Source: Octopus sinensis (taxonomy: Eukaryota). Taken from it: a DNA stretch of 64,000 nt. The notes beneath the pieces were generated by a model that worked only from the letters and a program-made list of their open reading frames with translations, had not been told where the DNA came from and ran no database searches. The translations under genes and the position numbers were made by a program. The stretch spans positions 49,414,001-49,478,000 of the forward strand of contig NC_043010.1 in NCBI RefSeq assembly GCF_006345805.1, in the 5' to 3' direction. This document shows positions 53,835 to 64,000 of the stretch, one piece after another. How positions within the stretch are numbered: position 1 is the first letter of the stretch; each line of letters starts with the position of its first letter.

Positions 53835-54780
53835 ACACACACATGACAGAAGTAAATAGACACCCCATAAAACATTGTTTTATGTTTATTCTAGCTTGCA
53901 AAGATTTATATTTTTTAATAACTGACATTTTTTATGTTTCAGGTTCTATATGTGACTATTTAATCATGCCATGTTCAAAAGAAGCCTTGGAAATGTCTGA
54001 ATTTCAAAGAGGCCATATGGTGGGTCATTCTTAAGGTGGACATAGTCAGCATAAAATTGCAGCAAACCTTGGGATCCCACTTTCTACAGTTAATAGAGTC
54101 ATTGTGCAGTTCCCCAGAGAGGAGAAGGAGTCCACATCACTTCACCCAGATCAACCAGGGCCATCTGACAGGACCCTTCTCTTTGTTAAGAAAGTGTGGG
54201 GGATAATCCTCATTGCAAGACCTATGACATAGCAGAACAAGTTGATGTCAGTCCCAGAACAGTAGTTGGGTATTTCCACAAACTTGGTTACTATGGCAGA
54301 GCAGCAAGAAGGAAGCCACTTCTTTGACCAGCCAACATCAAGCAGAGAAAATATTGGGCCAATGAGATGATAGAAAGGCCACTAGCATTTTGGGACACTG
54401 TCATATTCTCTGATGAGTCCAGATTTGCTATATTTCCTGACAGTGGTCGAGTGTGAGTCTGGAGACTCTGTGATCAAGCATTTGATGTGAAAAGGTTGCA
54501 GCCAACAATGAAGCATGGTAGTTATTCTGTGATGGTCTGGGGAGCAATTTGGAGCAATGGTTGATCAGAGCTGGTGGAGTGTGAAGGAAACATAAACTCA
54601 GATAAATATGTATCCATATTGCAGAAAGGACTCCTTCCAATCTTCTCCAGTGGTGAAATGAATAAAGAAGACTCTTTATTTATGGAAGATGGGGCTCCTT
54701 GTCACCCGGCTAAAATGACCCAAGATTTGTTGTAGGAGAATGGCATTAAAAAGCTTTCTTGACCAAGCCAGTCACCAGCG
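53835..54780 (+). mobile_element. Tc1-family transposon, 3'-truncated, with disrupted DDE transposase from 53966
   Basis: MSEFQRGHMVG...ARRKPLL...VIFSDESRF...[13 protein letters not shown]...FMEDGAPCH...PSQSP; several stops. Confidence 0.92.
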
Positions 54781-56089
54781 ACCTTTCAAACTGACAAAGA
54801 TATATATAGTGTAATATATGTTTTTAAAATTTTTTATTTTCAGTCATAAAAATGATGTATTATTTGATTAATTCTCAAAAATATTATGTAGAAACACATT
54901 TTAATCTATAACATGGAAGTTAAACAGGAAAATAAGTTTTGTTACAGAATTCCTTTTGTAATAAAGCTTTTAGGAATCCAACACTTCCCTAGTCTAGGGG
55001 ATTGCTATATACAGGGTCTTATGCAGAGTCCAAAACCATACATTTACATTTTGAAACCTCCTTTAGGTCAACTTTGTAAAGTAAGTACTAGAAATACATT
55101 AAATTAAGGCAGCAGGCCAATATACAATCTACTCTATAAAAACTGATTTCATTAAAAAACAATTTTTTTGCTTTTGGTTACTGTTTCACATCATTCCTGC
55201 TTTTCTGTCATGGCCATCCTGTCATTATAAATATCAATGACAATATTTATTTTTAAGATAGTAAATTATGATTTGAGGAAAATTTGATTACTATTTCAAA
55301 CAGGTTCAGCAACTACACAGAAGCCCCAACTCAGGTTGTTTATGTGTCATAAAGAAATTCGAGTGCAGTCAGAAAAAGAAACAGAATGAACTGATTGTTG
55401 AAATAACTTGTTATTATTAAGGTCTTGTCAAAAAGCACTACAGAATGCATCACTAAAATAGAGTTACTCACAGGGGCATTCATATTTTTCAATGTTTTGT
55501 AATTACTCATTGCCAGTTACAGCTTGTATGAGTATTCTAAGAGGGAGAGGAAGACAGGGATAGTTAGTGAATATAAAGGTGTGTGTGTGTGTGTTTGTGT
55601 GCATAACACATGCATTTCTTCTTTTCAATGACTATTTCGGGAAGCAACATGATAAGATTGTAATATTTTCTTAGAGTTATTGCACATCAGAATGGTAATA
55701 TTAGAGTGGTTTCCTGTTGTCTTCTTTCAGTAGACAGGCAATTCAAGGAATTTTCTTTACTCCAAGAAGAGTAAGGGAAGGTAAGCTACATGGTATTCAT
55801 GACTTTTGCAGCTATGTAAGTTGAGTCGTTATGCAACTGGGATGCAAAACCAAAGGCTCAGCAATGGCACCTGGTGCATGTTATATAGAGAAATTTTTTT
55901 CTTGTAGTCATAATATTGATTTTTAACTTTTGATACATTTCCACAAATTTGTAGAGAACAAGGTATAGTTGACAGAATTAACCTTAATATAAGTCCGTCA
56001 TCCAGCAACATCCACAGCAGTGTATTGGTTGAGAGGATGGCCTCCCCTCAGGTCATCAGCTAGGGATCTATTATCATCAGTCAATATTT

Positions 56090-56520
56090 TGCCAACACCA
56101 AAATCTAGTCTGATTTCGCATGGTTTCTACACGTGGATGCCCTTCTAAAGCCAACCACTCTGAGAGTGTAATGGGTGCTTTGATGTGCCACTGGCATAGG
56201 TGCCATTTGCATGACACCAGTGTCTGCCACAATCATGATTTCACTTGGCTTGATGCCAAAGGTCTCGGGTCATTTTTCATTGTCTCTGTGAGGCCCAACA
56301 CTTGAAACATGCTTTTCATGTGCCACCAGCATCATCCACCTTGCCTCCATGAGGCTCAATGCTTGAAAAGTGCCTTTTATGTTCCACTGGCACAGGTGCC
56401 AGTTATGTGACACCAGTATCAGCCATGACTACGATTTCAATTGGCTTGACAGGTCTTCTCAAGCATGGTATATTGCTAAAGGTATTGGTCACTAGTCATT
56501 GCCTCCGTAAGGACCAATAT
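56090..56520 (-). mobile_element. Repeat of the RTE-UTR/tail-related family
   Basis: gtttctacacgtggatgcccttctaaagccaaccact is the reverse complement of gtggttggcattaggaagggtatc at about 58898. Confidence 0.55.
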
Positions 56521-56574
56521 ATACTTGATGTATATACTAGGAATCCGACATATATGTTTATATGTATAAATATA

Positions 56575-56781
56575 CAAAGGAATGCTGGAAAGTTTGTGGC
56601 TTTGGGTAAAAGAAAATACAGGTGGATCAGTTGATTTTAATTTTATTCAACATATTCCCCTCTCAGATTCACGCACTTATTGCAAGTTTTTCTAAGTATT
56701 GTAAAAGAACTCGGAAGGTTGGGCCTCGAACCAGGTCTTTTTTAATACTCTTACAGCCGGGAACTTTCCAGCATCCTTCAA
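56575..56781. mobile_element. Mariner-type MITE
   Basis: TA-caaaggaatgctggaaagtt at the left; aactttccagcatccttca at the right. Confidence 0.65.
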
Positions 56782-56807
56782 GTGTGTGTGTGTGTGTGTG
56801 TGTATTA

Positions 56808-57480
56808 CAGGCAGACCTCACTTAACATTATTTTGTTCTATCAACGTGAAAGAATGTAAAACCAATATAAAAATCCACAAAATGTATGACTATCAAACTG
56901 AATATTTGTTTTCTCTTAGCTTTCTTTGATTCTTTTGTAACTTGCTGTTTTCAATTCAGCAAAATATAAATAAATCAAAACATACAATGATTGATTACAA
57001 TAGTAGTTATCATTTTTTTTTCTCATTATTATTTAACAAGCCTTGTCTAAGATACAACTTTTGTACATCTACTGTCCACTTTATTGAGACAACTTTATTT
57101 AAGGTACAGCAGCACTTAGATTATAAAACAGTGGAGTTATTTGAATCTCATGATGAAGAAATGTCTAATGAGGACTTTGCAGAAGATAGAACAACACTGT
57201 GCTGATGACAATGTTAAAAATGAGGAGCCAAAACCACCAAAAATTTTAGTAACTAAAAATTTGTCAGAGGCTTTCCAGTTTTACATAATGCTATGGTCAT
57301 TTACACTAAACAAAACAGAAAAAGAAAAAAAAAGGAAAGAAAAAGATCCTCAAAGAGAAAGACATGCAAAAGGCAAACAGATTAATAACTGGATACAACT
57401 GCTACAAGAGATTATAACAACAGAAGTAAAATAATGCTTGACACCAAACCTCGGACATATTCTTTACATAAATCTTATTG
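56808..57480 (+). mobile_element. Internally deleted Tigger/pogo element with transposase C-terminus
   Basis: TA-caggcagacctcacttaac left end; VELFESHDEEMSNEDF, EEPKPPKILVTKNLSEAF and DPQRER match Tigger C-termini. Confidence 0.7.
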
Positions 57481-57566
57481 ATTTTTATTAATCTGTCGAT
57501 ATTGTATTTATTGCACACAACTCATTCAGTGTTTAATTCTAGAAGTGTTTTATTCTTTATTTAGAG

Positions 57567-57797
57567 CAGTGATTCTCAACTGGGTTCCATATATTTTGTT
57601 GCTAAAACTTATTTGCAATAAGTTGGCTATATTTTTACAATACATAAAATACTTTAATTGTTTCCATACAATTCCTAATAGTATTTAATTATAAAAATAT
57701 AAAAGGATTTTTTAAACATCAAATGGCTATGAGGATCTATCTGAGTAAAATAGGGATCAAAATGGGTCCACAGGCAAATAATGGTTGAGAACCACTG
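57567..57797. mobile_element. hAT (Charlie-like) MITE
   Basis: TIR cagtgattctcaac / gttgagaaccactg; 8-bp TSD atttagag / atttatag. Confidence 0.85.
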
Positions 57798-59481
57798 ATT
57801 TATAGTCTTTATTAGGTGTCTTAGTCACTAGGAATACACCAGAGGAATGTAATTCTTGTGTATATCATCAAACCAATGGTAAAATTTGTTTCACATTATG
57901 TTGTTTCTCTTAAAGTAGTATTTCACAAAGATCTATCAAAAATGTTAAGTAAAGACTTGTGTGTGCATGTGTGTACATAAAAGTATTTGCATAAATACAT
58001 ATATGTACACACACACACATGTGCATATGTTCCTCTGACTCATATTTTTCTGATACCCCCACCTTACCTTAATTCACCATACCCTACCTCATCTCTAACC
58101 ATCCCTTGCCCTTCCCATACACTCTTGCAATCTCTACTCATCCACCCTTACTTTTCTTCTATCCCCACCCTCAGTTATATTCATCTTTGTTGTACCTTGA
58201 AGGCACAGTTTGACACCTTGTCACCACCATCTTTATCTCTTCTGCCTGCTCCATCCTAATTACTCCCAGCCACTTATATAATGTGAGGTAGTCATATATC
58301 ACTTCTATGGCAAGAAACGTCTTCCTGCCCCTTCTTTCATACTTTAACCTCTCACCACTTAGCATAAGATCGCTTCCCTCTCTGTTGTATAATACCACTC
58401 GGTTGAAAAGGATCTTAATTTTACAAACTAGGTGGTGACTTCACCAGTGCTGGAGCCACCGAAAAAGCACCCAGTACACTCTGTAACTCAGTCAGGTCAA
58501 GGATCTCATCAAAGGCTGATGAGACCTGCTACAGGTACCATGTGAACCAGTACTACCTGTTCCACGATTGGGTAGTCGGTGACTAAACTAGCTCCCCCAC
58601 TTGAGTAGCTTGCTACTCTTGTGAGGAGGGTGTCTGGACAACCAGCAGGACTAAAATCAAGACCTGTCAATGGGTGAGGGAACTCCTTGTGGGCCAATGG
58701 TTATCCAGTTGGGGAAGGCAATGGTAAACCACCTCAATATCTCTGTTCTGATTTTCTCAGTGTTTTCTTGGCAAAGTAATGCTATGGCTTCATCTAATGG
58801 GAGAACTTAGACTTAATCAGGAAGACTTTTGTTATTGTGACATTAATGCACTGTAGAAGTGAACAATAAATGCATGACAATGACAACACTCTAAAGTGGT
58901 TGGCATTAGGAAGGGTATCTAGCCATGGAAACCATTCCAAAGCAGATATTGGTGCACAACAGAGTCCTCTGACTTGTTGAGGCATCCAACCCATGCCAGC
59001 ATGGAAGATAAACATTAAATGATTATGTGCACACGCACACAAATGGTGGTTCTTTCAAGGCTTTGGACAGCTCAGGGCTATTGCGGAATATATTTGCTCA
59101 AAGTGCCATGCAGTGGAACTAAACTAGAAACCATGCTGTCAGGAAGCAAACTTGCTAACTACCCAGTCATACCTGTGTGTGTGTGTGTGTGTGCATGCAT
59201 ATCTCCAAATTGGGAAATGATTGCTTAACTCACAGTATACTGCTAGCCCTTCCTCCCACCTTCCCCATTTTTTTTCTCTCTTCTCTCTTTCTTTTAGTTA
59301 CTCACACCATCTCTATCAACTCACACTCTCTAAATCTCTCATTCACAGCAGTAACCTTGCCTACTACCTGTCATTTCTTCATCAGCTGTCTATAAACAAT
59401 TCAAACAACCAGCCAACAGCAGCAAAGAAACTAAACCTAGCTGTGTATGTGCGTGTGCACATGTGCATGCATGTGCACATT

Positions 59482-59526
<45 letters not shown>

Positions 59527-59643
59527 GCATACATAAAGCACAAAAAGACAGATACATAGATATGTAAAGAGAGAGATGTAGGTGATAACTATATCCTTTA
59601 CTCTTTCCTATCACAGACAGCAGTAAATCTATCTACACACAGA

Positions 59644-59990
59644 GGCACAGGTGTGGTTATATAAGTGGTAAGAAGTTTGCTTCTCAACCACTTAGTTCCA
59701 GGTTCAGTTCCACTGAGTGCACCTTGGCAAGTAAGTATTTTCTACTATAGCTCTGGCCCAGTGGTAGACAGAGGCTGAAAGAAGCCCATCGTGTGCATGT
59801 GTGTGTATGTCTTTGTGTTGGTGTTTGCCCCCACCACCCCATGACAACCTGTAACTTAATGGTTCAACAAAACGAGACAGATTAAGTAGCAGGCTTGAAA
59901 ATAAATGATTACTGGGGTTGATTTGGTTTACTAAACCCTTCAAGACTGTGCCGCAGCATGGTCACAGTCCAATGACTGAAACAAGTAAAA
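59644..59990 (+). mobile_element. SINE family A
   Basis: Head, microsatellite core and gactgaaacaagtaaaag tail. Confidence 0.85.
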
Positions 59991-59997
59991 GTATGTA

Positions 59998-60029
<32 letters not shown>

Positions 60030-60039
60030 AATGTATGAT

Positions 60040-60950
60040 GTCCCTCAAGTACAAATGTCTTGAGGGAAAAATTAGGCAGAAGATGGGGTATCAAACGGGA
60101 TATGTGAAAAAAGAAGACTAAGAGTGAATGGAATCAGTGGAAAAGGGAAACCCAGGATGGTGCGGAATGAAATAGTGAAGAATGACCTCAAAATGTTGAG
60201 CCTCACAGAGATGATGACAAAGAACCAAAATGAATGATAATATGCTGTATTTCGGAAGATCCATCCCTCTCAGCAAAAATGAGGTGCTGTTAAGTCTACC
60301 CAACAATTTATCTTCTAATACCCATCCCTCAATCAATCTTCTAAAATGCAGTACTACTCAGTGCTGCAAATGATATTAATTATTTCCTCCCACAGTTCCT
60401 TATCACCTCTCCCTCTTCCTCCCTAACCTACTTCTATTTTGTACACTTCCTCACACCCTAAGTGATATTTACTATGTCCACTTCAATCTCTGTCACTAAT
60501 CATCTGTCACACTCTTTTCACTCTACTGCACTCACCTACACACCCACCTATTTTGTTTCTCCATCCCTATTCTCTCATATTCATCTTGTACCTTGAGGGT
60601 ATGCCCTCATTATCATCATCATCATCATCTCTCTCTCTCTCCATCCATCCTCATCTCTCTTTCCAGCAGGGGAAGCTGCATATTCACCTCTTCAACGAGA
60701 CAACTGTTCCCGTCCCTCTACCATACATTCACGTCCTTCAGTATTATACACTAATCAGTTGAGGGAGCCTTGTCTTGTGAGTATTTGGTGATCTCACTAG
60801 TACTGGTACACTGAAAAAAGTATCCACTACTCTGTTGTAGAAAGCATGCCAAAGTAGACATTGGAGCTTGATACAGCCCTGTAACTTATCAGTTCCTGTT
60901 AAAGTACCAAATCCATGCCAGCATGGAAAAAGGGAGATTAAATCATGATG
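60040..60950 (+). mobile_element. RTE-clade LINE 3' end (ORF2 end, UTR, tail)
   Basis: GKPRMVRNEIVKNDLKMLSLTEMMTKNQ; ends ccatgccagcatggaaaa...catgatga. Confidence 0.7.
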
Positions 60951-60991
60951 AGATGACATAATGCTTATATAAATGATGTGTATAAGCATAT

Positions 60992-61377
60992 ACTCTTTTA
61001 CTCATTTACTTGTTTCAGTCATTTGACTGTGGCCATGCTGGAGCACCGCCTTTAGTCGAGCAAATCGACCCCAGGACTTATTCTTTGTAAGCCTAGTACT
61101 TATTCTATCGGTCTCTTTGGCCAAACCACTAAGTTGCGGCGACGTAAATACACCAGCATCAGTTGTCAAGCGATGTTGGGGGGACAAACATATACACACA
61201 CACATATATATATATGACAGGCTTCTTTCAGTTTCCGTCTACCAAATCCACTCACAAGGCTTTGGTCGACCCGAGGCTATAGTAGAAGACACTTGCCCAA
61301 GGTGCCATGCAGTGGGACTGAACCCAGAACCATGTGGTTGGTAAACAAGCTACTTACCACACAGCCACTCCTACGCC
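60992..61377 (-). mobile_element. SINE family A, full length and little diverged
   Basis: Many CpGs retained; reverse complement of the plus-strand family A copies. Confidence 0.9.
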
Positions 61378-62331
61378 TAAGCAATAAATAATTAACAACT
61401 CATTTTCAAAAAGAACAGAATAATATATACCAGTAGTAATACTGCCCAGAGCATGGTGTTTCTCCCAAGTATTTATTAATGCATACACTTCAGTCTCTGA
61501 AATCAATTTTCAAAAACCCAAGAGGTTAAAAGCAATCATTCAATACAGTCTGTCATTCAAAGACTTGTGTCATTGTTGGGTCCATAAATTGAAATACATT
61601 ATTTTAATCAGAGGACATAGAAAATTCATTCTTTTCATAAACCATGTATGTGATTATTAAAAGTCATGTATTTTGTATCTTATGAATTAAGTGTTTGAAT
61701 TTAGAATTTTTACAAAGTTTAAAAATTTAGAAAAATTGAATTCTTGTAACAAACTCTTGCCCAGCATATAAAAATATTCAGAAAAATATATTCACTAATA
61801 TTAATAATAATAAAAAAAAGGACACCTTTCAGTTCTCACCATAAAGAGATAAATCATAGAGTGGAGTTTTCACCAACAGATGTCTTAAAGGCTTTGATTC
61901 ACAAGGAATGAAAGTCTGGTATAAAAGAAATAGCTTTTGAAGAACTCTCAAGTTTGCATGGCTTAAATGAGGTACTTATGAAAGATGAACAGATAATAAG
62001 CATTAATGAAAGTTGACAGCAAAGCTAAATTGGGGTGGAATGCATAATGTAAGATAATTACAGTGAGATCATATTGCTACATTTTGTAAAAGGTTATTTC
62101 AGTAAATCCACAATGTCTTAATTTTTAAGAAATAAAATTGTTACGCTTAATAGCTAATCAAATTATATCATTGACAAAAGATAAAGAAATTTAGTGAATT
62201 GTAAGCAATTTAATATAAACACTCTATAAAGATTTAAATTTCACTTTAATTTGTAACTAGCACTAACACACTATCTTAAAGATAACATTTTGGTAGTGAC
62301 ATGAGCTATTATATAAAGAGAGATTATTTAG

Positions 62332-62552
62332 CCCTTTAGCATTCAAACCGGCCATATCCGGCCCCAATATTCTACTTGTTTTATGCCCAAATTTACCAGA
62401 TCCAACCTTTCATACCTATCCCACAATGTGATTCTGAAAAATAAACAATCACATCATTGAAATCTTGAAGCTATGAGATAATGCATGGTTGATTCAAACC
62501 AATGTGAATAAATAAACATTACATCTGACAAAATAATCTGAATGCTAAAGGG
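62332..62552. mobile_element. piggyBac-type MITE, same family as 15837-16056
   Basis: ccctttagcattcaaaccggccatatccggcc ... ctgaatgctaaaggg. Confidence 0.85.
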
Positions 62553-64000
62553 TTAGTGTACATTTTTGTATGAGAATAAATGAGAAATACTCATGTAAGG
62601 GATTCCTCATTGGCTAGAAACATTTGTTATTATTTAGCTTCAATGTAGCCCTTAATGAGTAGATTTACAACAAAAGCGTTCAAGCAATTGCCATCTGTTA
62701 TATTCTCTTATCTCATCTTTTATACAGACACAATGTATCTAGGATTGGTTAATCCAATATGTTTTCTTTTAATATAGATAGGATGTAATGAAATTTGGCT
62801 GCCATTTCTAGCAGGTCAAGTGACCATGTAGAGATTACCTTATGTGTGTTGTTGTTTAGCTCTAAATTAACTCTAACCAAGCAGACTTATGATGAAAGAC
62901 TTTCCAGCCATAATTATCAGTCTATTTTTACTTTCTGGGAGTGGGAAGGGGTCTAGGATTATACTACCAGTGTGTGTCCTTCCTTGTTTAAGATTTGACT
63001 ATGGTTTATAGAAGATATGGCAGTTGTTTTACTTCACATAGCCCTTATCAAGTTAGTGTTGTCAATCTCACTTAGTGTTTAGCCTGACTTACATTCGCTT
63101 TGATTATTATTCTATACAAACTCACAACATAAATTCAGGGCGGAAGTGTTTAGCAAGAGTCTTAAAAAGAGTGATATGAATAAGCTGAATTTACCAATTC
63201 GTTTCACAGCAAAGAGTGACTTGTGATACTACTTTATTATATAAACCAATGAAAATTATTTGCTTCAATACTTGGTAGCTTTTCCAAATGGTTACACTTT
63301 CAATACTAGCCTCGGCTTGTTTTTATGTTGCCTAGAGCAACAACAACTAGAAAATGCTATAACTTGTGAAATAACAATGTGATTCAAAGCAGAGCCTTAT
63401 TCAGTAAAAGCCAGGAAAATTGCCTTCACAATTAAAATACTAAGCGACATCAAATACTTTATTCATCAATGCTTATATGTGCCGGAAGCAAAGGAATATA
63501 CTAGCAGTGTTTAATAAGAGGAAAATAGATATATTTTTGCAATCTCACTACACTAAAAGAAATTCCAAGAAATTTTGCAAAACAAAACTGATAAAATAGA
63601 TTAAAAAGTAACTTTGCTGTATTATCTATAGACATTTTTTTTTTATTATTAAGAATAGCGTTATAGATAAAAAAAAAAATTAAGTAAATTTTATTTATAC
63701 AAAAATACACCTGCCTAATTAGAAATGTTTTGCATGCTAGGCCAATAAGAATGTATTTTGAATATTTTCTGTAAATTTTTACAACATTTAGTATTTTAGC
63801 TGATATTTCTGTCAGAAATAGTATACGAATGATTGACTTTTGAGATAATCCTGATCATTATTATTATGTCTGTTTTTCTATACTGGCACATATAGAATAT
63901 GGTTTAAAACAAAATACAATAAGCTACCAATACAAATATGTGTGGATGTGACAATGACTCAGTTTTACTATCTGCAAAAAAGTAGGCATGAAATATCAAA

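Noticed and set aside
58515-58545. CTGATGA followed by the hairpin gacctg-cta-caggt
   Set aside because: No GAAA or cleavage triplet follows.
1-64000. CRISPR arrays, rRNA genes or prokaryotic operons
   Set aside because: No regularly spaced repeat-spacer units or rRNA-like sequence; the DNA is intron-rich and eukaryotic.

Overview
AT-rich animal genomic DNA with very long (TA)n/(CA)n/(TACA)n tracts and dense tRNA-derived SINEs. The repeat landscape looks like an Octopus (coleoid cephalopod) genome; this is an inference from repeat recognition, not a database hit. The only host gene I can support is the 3' half of a REEP1-4-type (TB2/DP1/HVA22 family) ER-shaping protein gene on the minus strand. 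It has four in-frame GT-AG exons (38054-38167, 24368-24500, 13761-13880, 3797-3930) separated by introns of about 10-14 kb. I did not find its upstream exons or its stop-codon exon with confidence. The rest is intronic and filled with mobile-element debris: a full-length Chapaev3-type DNA transposon with TIRs and TTA duplication, Tc1/mariner, Tigger, hAT and piggyBac-type MITEs, a Helitron 3' end, a Gypsy pol remnant, RTE LINE pieces, a Penelope GIY-YIG remnant and two main SINE families. The most notable signal is a set of minimal type I hammerhead-ribozyme motifs. One is in a 733-bp foldback insertion (36215-36947) built from a structured 359-nt monomer, whose core reads UUGAUAA instead of CUGAUGA. 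A separate tandem pair lies at 39119-39500. The best-preserved motifs are all in the sense orientation of the REEP pre-mRNA and bracket exon 38054-38167. Nearly all ORFs in the supplied track are microsatellite artefacts or TE fragments. Repeat boundaries are approximate unless TSDs or TIRs are quoted.
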